Part shown: piece by piece, positions 26,214-39,489 of the stretch
Numbering within the stretch: the first letter of the stretch is position 1
Layout of the letters: the number at the start of each line of letters is the position of its first letter
From: Bigelowiella natans CCMP2755
Taxonomy: Eukaryota > Protista > Cercozoa
NCBI GenBank assembly: GCA_000320545.1
Contig: ADNK01001093.1
Span: 1 to 56,228 of the forward strand
Reading direction: 5' to 3'
DNA length: 56,228 bases
Notes under the pieces: model-generated
Seen by the model: only the letters and a program-made list of their open reading frames with translations
Told to the model about the DNA's origin: nothing
Database searches by the model: none
Position numbers and translations under genes: made by a program

Positions 26214-27057
26214 GTGACGACGATGACCATGTGGCCAAAGAGGCAGTGATCACACAACTAACGGAGACAACATTTCTTGCAGAGAGACGTCAGTGCGAAT
26301 AAGGCGCTGACAACATCGTTCTTCACGGCCGAAGGAACAGACACAATACAAACGTAATCTTGCGACTGATATCGTTCATGGAAGAACCCGACATCTTCTT
26401 ATTTTTCATTTTTTGGCATGCACTGCTCTGTTCTTACCGTCTACAATGACAGGGTCATCGCCATGCACCACATAGTCTATTTGGTGCTGATTTGTGTCGT
26501 AGGAATGAGATTATTATCAGAGACAACAACAACAACAACAATGTGGTTGTGAAGAGCTTATATTGTTGTAGCGACTGATCCTTTGGAACTTTTGGGAATG
26601 AAAAACGAAGAAAATCTCAATGATGATATGATTATTGCTTTTGCGACATCTGATCGTCTCCCACCATTGATGATACTACTGCATGCTTTTTTTTATTTCT
26701 TTACTGTTTCTTTAGCACTCACCCGCTTCATGAGCCTTTCCAAGTATTCGGTTGTCATCACGTACGGAATATCTGATAGAGGCGTACACGCACATAAAGT
26801 ACCATGTTTACTTTCGGGGGGGGGGGGGGGGTTTGAGTGGCTTCACGTGTTAGGACTGTTTAAAGTAGTACAAACCTTCAATGACCTCATCAACAAATCT
26901 GCACGCTCTGATAAGGAGACAGCGACCAACCGACGACGGTGAAAGACAGGCATAGGATGTTACGCGGTGGATTATGAATTATCACGACGAGGAACCCTTG
27001 TTCTTTAATATGCTACGAGAAGAAACGTAAAAATTCCCCAGGATTTTTGAAGGAAGA

Positions 27058-27093
<36 letters not shown>

Positions 27094-27348
27094 AGAGAGG
27101 GAGAGAGAGAGCAAAGTATTGTTGTCCCCCCTCCCCGTCATCCCCTGATCATGGAAAAATGAGGATGTGGATGTGGTGCCGATGCGGTTTACTACCGAAC
27201 CATCGTGCAGCGCTCCTCGTCTGTCATCACCGGAGGGCCTTCACCGCCACGGATCGATACACATATATAAGCACGCACGAATACTCAATCATGTCCCCAC
27301 ACAACACACACACACACATATACATATATATTAATATACATATATATT

Positions 27349-27400
<52 letters not shown>

Positions 27401-27483
27401 AAAAATAAAGTAATTTGTACTGCTGCTGCTGCTGCTGCTGCCTCTTCTCCTCCTCCTCCTGCTCCTGCAACTACAACCACTAC

Positions 27484-27516
<33 letters not shown>

Positions 27517-27854
27517 TATTTACCAAAAGAGGGATTCAAGCAACAGCGGACAAACAAACATATACAGACACATCGACCAACACATAATAGTACCTTTGCA
27601 CTTCATTATCGTTTTACTCGAGTTTACGCCGACAACGAGCTCGTGGCCAAGTGACCTGAGCAGAGGACGAGCACGGCACCGTTGAAGCCATATATTACCA
27701 CCACTCACTACCCCCACTATTCCTTGCTACTTATGCTAGGCTTGGGACCGACCTTCCAAGGCGAAATGCGTTGACATGCCCGTAGTGCATCAGGTCAAAC
27801 ACTCCTGAGGGGGGTGGGGGCAGTACAACGTTGTATATGCAATAGGAAGAAGAA

Positions 27855-27886
<32 letters not shown>

Positions 27887-28855
27887 AGCGGAGGAGGCAC
27901 AATAAACGAAAGCAGCACAAATCATGCACAACAAAACGATTTCGCATTCTCGCCTGCACTTATCTTGCTAGCTTGAGATAAGAGGAATCTAGGAGAGAGA
28001 GAGAGAGGGGGGGGGGGGGGCTCCTTGGGATGATGTGTAAATTGTTGAGCGTGTCCATTCACAGACCGTCCATGAAGATCCGAATCTTTCTTCCCCTCTT
28101 CCGCTCTGCGATGTCGTCCTGTTTTCAGTTTGCATATGTGCGTGTATATGCGTGTACTGAGTGGGCATTCACTCTTCATGTTCTAGTGTAGAGCCCCCTC
28201 CCTTTTCATGTTCCCCGCAAACGTGCTGCTTGTTTCTGTGCATCACACTCGCACCATAATCAATTACATGCAATTTGCCAAGACGGTCCATCTCCTTTAG
28301 CTCTGCTTCCAAATGAATTACCTACGATCAAAGAGGAGAAGTAGAGGAGGGGGGCACTTGATGAGGGAAAGAGCTCTAACGCGTTATAATTCTAAAAATC
28401 CCCTAGAACGTGCGACGATAAACTACAAGAATATCACCTCTTTCCTCACTTGGTCGAGTTTGTGTTTCAGTTCCTTCCTTGATATTCGTTGTGTTGATGA
28501 TGACACACAACCCCCTTCCCTATCCTCCTTCCCCTCTTTGCTTCCGGCTTCCTTCTCGCCTTTGAAAGGCTGCTGCTCATTTTTGTTGATAGCACCAGTG
28601 CTGGCAAGAGGGCAATATTAGGAGTTGAGGTGTGAGACGTGGAAGGAGCAAGGTGTGACTACTCAAAGCCTAAAAGAAATACTCGGTGGTCTCTTTGCCT
28701 GTCTCGCTCCCTCCTCTCTTTCTCTGTCTCTGTCTCTGTCTCTGTCTATCGCTCTCTTAACCTACCATTACCTCCGGTTTGTCCTGTAAAGGCGCACAAA
28801 CAATATGTGAGAGATGACACCCAAAACACCCCCAAACAGTATGCTGGTCCAGGTC
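23073..28855 (-). CDS. PCYT2: Ethanolamine-phosphate cytidylyltransferase (two CT domains); the true start is probably further upstream (~28950-29150) and is uncertain
   Basis: RIFMD-GVFDLMHYGHVNAFRLGRSLGHELVVGVNS, KGPPVMTDEER, DYVVHGDDPVIVDGKDVYAHVKKMGRY..RTEGVSTTDIVGRML. The second domain reads [62 protein letters not shown]. Stop at 23073-23075. Confidence 0.93.
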
Positions 28856-29461
28856 TAAGATGGTGGGGGAAAGAAGGAGTTATCGATTGAAGAGTTGCAA
28901 TCGGATCCACGAATAAGCCCTATTACCTGATCTTTTTCGGTCATACCCACTCGCAGAACAATAGCCTGATGGTGTTAATGATATTTATAAATATGACATA
29001 TTTGGGAACTGATCCACGTTGCAGGTGAATCGATTTGCAAGCGACAAACGATAATTAGGATAATGACGACGATGGTAACGATGACTGGTGTGATAATGAT
29101 GATGGGAATAATGGTTATATTTGCCATGGCAAGGAGAAACAACGGCAACAGCTCTCACTCGCTTCTAAACCTTTGATCAAAGATAAGATGTGACGTTGTC
29201 GTCGTTGCGTAGACACTTGGAAGAGCGCAGAATGCAGCCACCGATTGGTGCGGCAATCGGGACGTAGGCTTAGTAACACTCCGCGTTTGGAAACGAAAGC
29301 AATGACCTTCGGTCAAATCGAAAGACGACGTGGAAGCTTACGGAGGGGGGGCTGGAGCAACCAGTGGAAGATTGAGCTAGCGGCCTCGCCACGTGCTCCG
29401 GAAAGTTGGTTCTCCAGATGCAGACCGTAGGCTATTCATCACCTGCGACAACAAAATAACC

Positions 29462-30870
29462 ATGTCGCAGCAAACAGAAACTGCTCTGCTCAGACTGTAT
29501 CTCCAGGCCGACACCCCCCCCCTCCGGGAAGCGGGCGTGGCGCTGCTTGGACACGTCGTCGTCGTCGTTGTCGTCGTCGTCGTCGCCTCTCAGGTGCGAC
29601 TGGGAGATTCTTGCCATCCCCAAACCGTTGCAAGTCCCAGTGTCATCAATCTGCGCTGTCCGGAAGTTCTCGGGTCTATCTCCTTGTTAATATGGCTGAG
29701 AAGAGCCTCTTCGTGAAAGGAGCCGGAGCCCTCGACGATGACAGCGACCAGGACGCTATTGATGGACCAAGGTTGGGTCTCGCTAAGAACGAAGATCTTT
29801 TCTGTTCAGCAGAACGAGTTGGAAGATAAATTGATGTGTGGTAATAATAATGGTGTAGAACATGGCTCGGAAAGCAATGCCTGCTTTACTCGCTGAAAAC
29901 CTTCGACTTCACCACGAGACTGGTACCATGCTGGCATATATCTACCCAAGATCGCGTGATGAATAACGATGGGTGTATGCTGCATGCTGGTACCACACTG
30001 CACAGTGCAATCAGAACCTTTCACGGCGTAGGCGTAGTATATTGTATCTATTGTATCACTGACGCTTCACCCAAGGTCTAAAATTCATGATTTATGTGTC
30101 ACTACTAGGCCGGGCCACTACTTTTCTCGCTTATCTGGCTTCTGGTTGGAACAGTAGTGTATGCATATTTCAAGCACTACTGCCCCCTCATAGAGGTTGA
30201 ATACTGATTCTCATTATGATTATTTATCCTGAAGCAAAGGCAAGCCTCCACGATAAAGAATTAATAGAATATGATCGATCAATTACTCTGCTTTCATCGT
30301 TGTATTTGCAGACGGACCCCCTCTTTTCCTGCAGTGGACTCCTTCGCACGCTAGTGGTCGCATACTTCACTATCTCTGTGCTGTATCACCACGTCCAATG
30401 CGCAATGACTAGGTAGGTATTCTCTCTTCATGCTCACAGTCGTTACTCCGTCGCAAATTCGATCGTACACATATGCTGAGTTATGATATGTGTGATTAAG
30501 CCCGGGCTATGCAGCTATGGAAGATATCCGTGAACAGCGCTTTCATCGTAGCTATCGAGTGCCAGGGTTCTGTCGGTTTTGCAGGAGCAGGAAGCCATCG
30601 AGGTAGGCCCATCAACATCTTGTTCTCATGGTGAAACAGACGACTAACACGCAAGGCCGTCTTCTGCTATCATTTTTCTCAGGTCCCACCATTGTCACAC
30701 ATGCAAGAGATGCGTACTGAAGATGGACCACCATTGCCCTTGGGTCGCAAACTGTGTGAGTACCACACCCCCGATTTTCCCAACAACTACAAGAAGCGTG
30801 TTTGAGCTTCGAAACCATGTTGTCTTGGATCACACCTAAGCGCGCGTGCGCACACACCCACACCCACATC

Positions 30871-30924
<54 letters not shown>

Positions 30925-31388
30925 TACACAAGTTCTAGTAATGACTACTCGTGCTTTTTTTTAGCATGCTTCTCCTTCGATTGAAAAACTGCGCATGAGA
31001 ACTACTGCTCTTATGTTTTTAGGTGGGTCAGGGAAATTATCACCATTTCCTGCTGCTCATCGTCAACGCGTTCGTAGCGTCTGTCATTCTCATCACAAAC
31101 ACGTAGTGACCCTTTGTTGTTCTTTGGAAAGTGTCTGGAAAATGCGTCTTACTTCTGCCTGTCTGCTGCCCTATTTCACCTCTTTTGCGTTCAGGATCTC
31201 GCTGCTGTTTTCGCACATAGGGGGCGAGCGAAGCAGCAAGGGCGGGGCGGAAGAAGACCACGTCGCAATGATCATCGTCATCACAGTTCTTTTCACATCG
31301 GCAGCGGTTAGCAAAGCTGCTAACATCTCCACCGGGCTAAGACTCTCCACATCTAGATATTTTCATGCATGTACATGTGTCTGTGACG

Positions 31389-31431
<43 letters not shown>

Positions 31432-31801
31432 TATATATTATACCGGCCAGGTCGCCTTAGGCGCCCTAGTTTCGCTTCATCTGTATCTTCTGCTCACAAA
31501 CCAAACCACCAGGGAGCTGTGGAGAAGGTGGCATTTAACTATATCTCATCCGAGACGTTCGTTCTCTCACAAGCAGCGTGCTTATTTGCGACAGGTTCTC
31601 GAGGCGCAGACAACGCAAGACAGGTGTGTTCGATACAACCAGCATCATCTTTACATCATCCACTCATTGAATCAGTCATATGTAGGTTTTACCGTAGGAG
31701 GAGCTTCCTTCACGGATAAGAGAGATGACTGGCAGGACAATGCCTCGAGCAGTCTTGGCGCTGTCAAGAATATTCGCTCCGTTTTCCATCACCACAAGTA
31801 G
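29462..31801 (+). CDS. DHHC-type protein S-palmitoyltransferase (ends approximate)
   Basis: [49 protein letters not shown] (DHHC at ~30726-30737), TTxE motif (NQTTRE) and hydrophobic TM exons. Confidence 0.92.
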
Positions 31802-32104
31802 TGTTTACAGAGATGCTGTTGTTCAATTGTACTGCTTAGCATTGCCATAATTAGATGATGAAGGCACTCAAGCCACACATGTTGCTGCTCATGACTATGA
31901 TGTCGCTTCCTCTCTCAGAAATCTGCTGTGGTATCTCGTTCCTGGAAGTCTATCTTGGGCGAAGATACACAGTAATTCATCTACCGAGACCTTTTTTAAT
32001 CAAATCTTGTCGTGATAGTCTTTCGTGCACATCTTGTATTGTGCGAAGGCAGCACTTGAAATAAGAAATATTCAAAAAATCGATCATATATTCATAGCAA
32101 TATG

Positions 32105-32143
<39 letters not shown>

Positions 32144-32838
32144 GTGTGTGTGCGTGCGTGCGTGTGTGTGTGTGTGTGTGTTACGGTGTGCCTAGCAGAT
32201 GTATTATATTATATTATTATACTACATTAAATATCCTCGTGTATTAGCATGTTGGATAGCTGCATGAGCTTTGTACTAAATTACCTTGGCACTATGAAAT
32301 AAAAGAGTTTGTCTCTTTTGGTTGCGTCTGATCCTTACGTGTGAATGTAATATATACCTGATGTTATTTATCGACATTACAGCGGACAAAGAAGCATTGG
32401 AGACAGTTTAACTTTGATCGGTCTCGTTGAATTCGTTGAAGTAAACGCTTTCGAATACAACACTGTCTTCACATCACATTGTCTAGCTGGAGACATGTGC
32501 TGTGCGGACTAGCATGAAAGAGACAGCAAAGAGGCTGTGCCCTACGAGCCGTACTAGCGTATCATTCTCATGATGTACATTACGTACACATTTGCAGCAT
32601 TTCGTACATATACATCGTCTAGCCGCCAGCGTGCGGCAACAAGAATGTACTGCAATGCATCTATCTGAGCACCTATCTAGCTATAGAGACCTTGCTAGAG
32701 TTAGATGTTGCACATGCTAGCTAGCGTGTGCCATCTTCCAGTGGCGGTGCTATAGCTAGCTAGGGCCATGCATCTCATGCCATGCACGCATGCACATGGC
32801 GGCCACATAGCTAGATAGTCATTATTAGTTATATCCTG

Positions 32839-32885
<47 letters not shown>

Positions 32886-33511
32886 GACTTACACCTAGAC
32901 ACGCATTTTGTGACGGAACGTCACATATAGCTCTGCTAGATATATATTATTGCATCATTGTTGTCATTGGCAGGCGGTCCTAGGGTCTAGCGGTGACGCT
33001 ACGTCAAACTACTACGTACATGCTAGCTGTCCAGTTTTAGAGTATCTTATATCGCGATGGCAGCCTGCATATGCATTTTTGACAATATTGCCAATGTCTG
33101 CGATGCGCATATAGCCCATAATAATGCGACATAAACCTGGCACATTATACTCCAGCTCGAGTGAACGAAGAAAGTAAATCATAATTGAAAACATTAATAA
33201 ACCTAAGCATTGCTCCGCTACATTTTGCATAAAATAAATAAATGCGAAGCACATTAAACTTGTGTATTGTACATCACTGACGCTGTGCTTACATTCTCTG
33301 TAAGATAGTGAAGTCTAGGAATTGTAATGCCAAAAAGAGAATCGCCACCTTAAAGGTTCATGCTTTAGAAGCAAAATGAAGCCCGTACACCGTGCTTCAA
33401 TTTACAGTAGCTTTTTATACAGTAACATTTTTGAGGGAACGAGCTACGGAAAACTTTGGCACTGGGTAAGCAAGAAGATCACCCAAATTTGGGTCTATTG
33501 TCAGACACTTT

Positions 33512-35222
33512 CTACAGACTTTTCTTCAGCGCGATCAAAAACTGCTTCTTGAAGGCAGAGTTCGAAAGCCCGGCCTTAATTTGCTTCTTCAGCCTGTATG
33601 TTTTAAAAATTATTTATTAAGAACTATGGTTCCAGTTGAAGTCAACGGGGGACATCGCATTTACTTTGAAATCTGTTCGTCCTTTTTCTTTAGACTTTGC
33701 TTAGCTTTTTCGATTTGTGCGGCTCTTTTTTCCAGCTAAGTATATTCATATGTCAGAGTTTATGGATATTTTAAAATATTTGTTGCGCGCCACCTCTTTT
33801 TTGTGATCTGACTTCAGCTTTTCAATAGTTTCTTTGTCTTCTCCCCTCATTTTGCTAGCAATAAACTTCTTTTCTCTTCTTTGGAGAAGACTCTGATACG
33901 GTAAATGTAATTTAAATCATCTCTGAGGACTGGTCCATGTTACATTATCTCACCTTTGGAAGTGGGAACGTTTCAAAGATATCGTGAGCCTTTTTGGCCG
34001 TGACGGCTTTCTTTCTGTATCTCATAATAACACCGTAACCATCCTCATCTTGCCAGATTTCGAGAGTTTCAGGATGGATCACCTTCATACATTGATCTAT
34101 TAGAATTCATCGCGTTTCATCACTACGGATTTCGTACCTTGAGTTTCTTGAAGTACCAACGCTTAAGAAGTTTGACCATAGGCGTATTGGCCTTCCCTGC
34201 GGCAATGTTTACCATGATGTTGAAGGACTTTGACTCAGCCATAACAATTCCAATAAGAATATCTCCGTATCTGATTATTTAGCAATGGCTTTAGTATCGG
34301 CTGAGGATTGTAACAAATGATTTGTGAATAAATTACCCAGGTCCAGCAATAATAGGCATGTCTACCCAGGTCTTGCTTCCAGTGTATCCAACTTCTGATG
34401 CAATGTTTTTGTTTTCGGCCATCATAACAGGATCGACGACGTGGTGCGCCTCATCTGGTCCAGGAAACTGCTGCAAGTAAGCGCGGTGGAAGATTACGAT
34501 ACCACAGATTGGTTTATTTTTGGTCTCTCTTCTTAGGACAAAAACTTTCAGAGCTTCCCAAACAAAATTTGCACTTTCGTTGGTAGGATCATATTCTTCC
34601 TCCTCCGGCTCTTCGTCCTGAAGTTTTGATGCTCCCTCAAGGTATCTTCCGTTGACGCTGGATAGGTAATCGTACATAAATGCTGGCATGATACGTCCTT
34701 TCGTAAGGTCTTTGAATAGGGTCCCGGTCGTAAGCTCTGCATGGACATCCTGGAAAACGAAGCTAATTAACGTTGAAGGTGCGAGGGTAGTGGTTATCGA
34801 ATACCTTAACATTTTCTTTGGTGACTTCAACAATCTTGCAACCACGAATGTAGGCGGCTTTCTTAACTTCATTGTACAACCCACGTGTGGATTTCTATAG
34901 AAACGTAAAGATTAGAATGAATGATAGAAAGGAGGATGTAATAAAAAGTTCGAGCCGGACTGTACCCTTGGAACGTCGTCCACTGAAAATATATATCAAA
35001 TATACAATATAAGACTCTTTGATCTCAGCAGATATCATAAATGTATTACGTTTGAGATCATCACTGATCTTCTCCTTCTGCTCAAAACAATTATAAAGAG
35101 AATTAGTTCACGGGGCACTCTCATAACTTTATAGCTTGCATAACTACCTTTGTCTTCTTTGCTTTCTTTGCTAAAGGGGCCGGTTCACCGTCTTCCCAAT
35201 TTTTTCGTACGACGGATGGCAT
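33512..35222 (-). CDS. Orphan protein, probable GNAT-fold acetyltransferase with C-terminal Lys-rich coiled coil
   Basis: About 10 exons with short GT-AG introns splice in frame: MPSVVRKNWEDG...KPICGIVIFHR...WVDMPIIAGPG-YGDILIGIVMAE...GKANTPMVKLLKRWYFKKLK...LEKRAAQIEKAKQSLKKKDEQISKLKKQIK...KKSL*. The GNAT call rests on motif A-like GxGYG and motif B-like N..M..LL.R..F and is inference. Confidence 0.65.
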
Positions 35223-35277
35223 GTTGATCACCTAAAAAAGTTGATAGCTCAGGTGACTGTGGTCGAGTATGCAACTC

Positions 35278-35313
35278 TCAACCCTTGGACCCCCCCCCTC
35301 AACCCTTGGACCC
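35278..35313 (+). repeat. Short tandem duplication (tcaacccttggacccc x2)
   Basis: Directly visible just upstream of the GNAT-like gene start. Confidence 0.7.
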
Positions 35314-36703
35314 CAAGTTCCATCCTTCCCATTCCAGTATGCTCTTCAGCAAGAAAAAAGAGCTAGCAGAGTTTGGGGAACTTTCAAATCGCCCAGGACC
35401 CACTTACTTGCTAGGGCTAAACGCGTAAGGAATCGGTTGGGCCTCTTGGCAACAAGGGGATGGTTTTTATAGGCGGGAAAGGCCACAAGGAAGAACACGG
35501 ACCAGAGACAGGACAAACAACACAAAAAACCCCTCAGAAACCACCGCTCACCTGACTGGATTTTCCCCGTAATTATTCGGTCAAGCGGTTGAAATTGGTG
35601 CCTTGCTGCTACTTTCCTAAGGTTTCAACCCCGCCAAACGTCCTCGAGACACAAGGTGAGAGAGTCAAAATTAAGTTTTCTACTCGACGGGTTACCCAAC
35701 ATAATGTGGCAAATTGTCCGTAATGCCTAATGACGACAGAAGATATTCAAATCAATATCAGAAAGAAGGAATAATTGCTGTTAATTGTAGCATATTTTGA
35801 GGATTAAGTATTTTTTGATAGATGACCACCAGTGTCGACTGACGGTTGTTATTTTGGTAATTCTACCAAGTTAATTCTACTATCCGTTTACTTTCACCGT
35901 AATTTTAATTTTGAAAATATTTTTACGTTGGACATAATTACAACGGGTATCTATTTTGGATGTCAACATTTAGCCGAAAATATCGGATAATGATATAAAA
36001 TCAAAAAATTGCAATCCGATTATTACAGAATCAAAGACAAAAAAGAAATATAGACATATTTATTATATTTATTAACATCTTGAAAAATTATAAAGCGGCG
36101 TTAGACTTTCCCGGAAAAAAAATAGTTAATGATCATCCTTATGGGTTTTCTCGGCGTTTTGTGCTACAATTATGTGGATTTAGATGGACTCCCGGAAAAT
36201 TCGGCGGTTTCTCTAGCTTAGATTATGTTAGTAATCAGAAGACAAGACTTCATTCTTGTCGCTTGATGGCATTCTCTTTCATTTCAATGATATTTTAAAT
36301 AGTGCTCGAAAATTCTGAAAGGAGTGAAAATGGCTGCCACGAAGCCTGATGACCGTAATGAACCCATCCCCGTGAATGCTGTGATTGAATCATTCAGACA
36401 AAAAAATGAAATGAAATTCGAATTTTGAAATCATCTGCAACTATTGGGCTCGCTTTCGCTGTCGAATTGCAACAGAATCCTGCAAGTCGCAGTACGCGAA
36501 CCACGGAAGCAATTTCATTCGACGAAGTTGATTGTTGAGACGCATCACGAAGGAGATTTAGCAGTTGCACGTTTTATGTAAATTTTAAATTCGAACTGTA
36601 CTTAATCTGCGAAATTCATTAATCAACTGTGCAACAATCAGTCACTTTACCTCCAAATGCGGCTGTTATTGACACGTCCAATCTGAAGATCGCCACCGAC
36701 AAG

Positions 36704-38388
36704 ATGGCAAACCTCCAGATGACCAGCAACATAGAACTGAAGTCGGCAGGCAGCCAGGCTGTTACAACGACGGGATGGATTCGTGCCACGATCACACACT
36801 CAATTCTAGGGGTTGTTCGGATATGTGAATTAGTAGTAGACCTACCTACGTGCTCTACATTGCGGTGGGTGTAGTCACCATTTGAATGAATTTGAATTTC
36901 TATTCTAAAGGTGCGAGCTGAGAAGTCATACAATCCTAATTTGACTGGAGAGGAGCTTAAAGAGAAGGTGGCCAACGATTCTGCACCCATTTCGTCAGAT
37001 AGATAGACAGTAAATGTTGTGCTATATACCCCTTTGTTCATGTCCTCCGCGCTGACCCCCCCCTGCCCCTCACAATATGCAGCTCCACATGATCGTTGGA
37101 ACAAAGCCAGCACATATGAAGCTTCAACTCAAAGATAAGGTGGTGAATGTTTGACGATAGAAGTAGGAAAGGAACAGGCACACTGACCATAATCAACTAA
37201 TAATAGGAAGGGAAAACCGTTTGCGAGATTGGCGACAAGCAGAAGCTTTCCTCCCTCCCTCTCGAGAAGCAAACCAAAGCGATGCACATACACGTGTTAG
37301 ATGTGGACCCTCAAAAATCCATGCTGGAATTCACTGACGTCTCTAAAGTCAAGAAGTTTGAGATTACGGAAAAGGTGGGTTGTGTGACCATTTCTATACT
37401 GCTACCGTCGATCCCAGAGACCGTGATCTCAATGATCTCACATTTGCGAATGACTTTTGTTATTGCTTTCCCCCCTCTCTACTTTCCGCTGTAGGATTAT
37501 GACAAGAGGACAAACACCTTCCGGAAGTGGGCGAAGCAAAACCTGAAAGGACATTACGCAAAGAAAGAAAAGGAGCGGCAGGAGAAGGCCGAGGAAGGCA
37601 AGAAACAGGAGGTGTGATTGATCAGATCACTTAAACTAACAATAGGATCTCAAAACACATGAGATGGACGCATGTTCATGTTGCTCTTCTTGCCTTAGCT
37701 TTTAAGCAATTCTTACATGTTGTCACAGATATAGATTAAATCTGCGAATCCGCATTCCGCTTCTTGTCTCTCTGTGCACACTCACTCACTCTCTGCTTTC
37801 ATCTCTCCACCTCTAACTACTCTCTCTGCATCGATTCATCATTGATCCGTCGTCCTTGGTCTCTCTGTCTTTCTCTCTTCCCATCGCTCTCCTCCAGGAG
37901 AAGGAGAAGCTGGTCGCAGAGAAGATTAAGGTGGGGGATCGCTGTCAGCTCGGGTGAGTATTGAGTGAGTGAGTGAGAAGAACAAAAACGTTTTTCGAAT
38001 GAACATGAAGATGGCGGCCGCCAATGCTACCATTGCGACGTGTGGCGATCTTGTGCAATATTTCCTCGTAAGTAGGCGCTGTTCGTTTCTTCAGTCCAGA
38101 GCGCATAACCTAAAACGAAAAAAATTCTCATTCCATATTATCAAATCATTTGATGGCAGGTCAAACACAGAATTTCCGCGGCGAGGCGAGGTGAAATTTG
38201 TCGGGGCATTGAGTGGGAAACCAGGCACTTTTATAGGAATCCAGCTCGATGAGCCCTACGGAAAGAATAATGGTAGCGTCAACGGAGTATCGTATTTCTC
38301 CTGCATGCCTAAATGCGGCATTTTCGTGAGACCGTCAGCAGTAGAGGTTGGAGACTTCCCGGAAGAAGATATATTCGATGAATTATAA
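36704..38388 (+). CDS. TBCB: Tubulin-folding cofactor B (ubiquitin-like domain plus CAP-Gly)
   Basis: ELKEK-LHMIVGTKPAHMKLQL, HIHVLDVDP, FTDVSKVKKFEITEK-DYDKRTNTFRKW, KIKVGDRCQL, RRGEVKFVG...FIGIQLDEPYGKNNGSVNGVSYFSCMPKCGIFVRPSAVEVGDFPEEDIFDEL*. Confidence 0.96.
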
Positions 38389-38892
38389 CGCACTATTATT
38401 TGCCATACAGGCGTTGATGATGTATTATATTCAAAGAGGAATATTTTAGAGCATTAGATTTAGGCTATGTATGCGTCCATCGATTGTGCGTGACGCTATT
38501 GCGCGTCGATTACTACTTGTGTCGTGATTTGAGAACGTTGCCGCGCATGCACACATCTATACATCTATGCAAACATGATGTATCGCATGCATGTACAGCG
38601 CAGCATGCAATTGCATGCTAGCATGGTGCAACGTAATATAGCGGCCATACTAGCATATAGTCTACGCGCATGAAACTGGCTACCTAGGAAGGGCGTGTGT
38701 CCGAAAATCTAGTGCAGCTAGACAGCAAGCTATGCTATATGCCGTATAATCGTATATTCGTAACCGTATATATTACCCGGCACGATTATGCGCCCGCCCA
38801 TATGCATGTATTCATCTATAGTCATACACTCTGTACTGTGGTATCATACTGGGAATATGTGCGATGGCTGTAAGAGACACAAGTATATATTC

Positions 38893-38905
38893 TTCATTAC
38901 ATCCG

Positions 38906-38940
<35 letters not shown>

Positions 38941-39012
38941 CGCTGTAGCCGCTGCATTGCACAGCTACATTAGGATGACCATTGAAAAAATTTAAATATT
39001 TCATTACATCCG

Positions 39013-39058
<46 letters not shown>
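38893..39058 (+). repeat. Short dispersed repeat, copy 2 (~105 bp unit with (TA)n, partial tandem)
   Basis: ttcattacatccgtctca(TA)n occurs twice, flanking the core agcgctgtagccgctgcattgcacagctacattaggatgaccattgaa, which is homologous to 15089-15140. Confidence 0.75.
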
Positions 39059-39060
<2 letters not shown>

Positions 39061-39489
39061 GTGTCTCTAATGGCCGTGTGTCAAGTAGCTAGATTGTTTA
39101 TCATTAGCGTGCAGAGGCGGCTAAATACTGCTAGAATGATAATTACGCCCCGGCACCCAATGACATGAATGGATGACCGGCAGCCGTGTTACTTTAACAC
39201 GCACACGGATCGGAATGTCTATATAGATGCATAGCATCGATTTCTCTAGGTACGTATAGATAGATATCCTTGTTTATTGGTATGGCGTGTATGTATATCT
39301 ATATGCTAGCATATATGTGTACATGCGTGTGTTTGTACTTCGAGATACTTGTTACACACATGCTAGTAGGCAGCGTGCATGTAAATTCATCAGGTTCAAG
39401 TGAGCCAAATGTTACCAGCCACGTCGTAGGTATAATGAGATAGATATAAGCATTGCAGAGCAGACACAGAAATCGATCATAATTCCTCC

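Noticed and set aside
33012-33254. 80-aa minus-strand ORF
   Set aside because: No recognisable motif or clear splice link. It is probably 3' flank of the GNAT-like gene.
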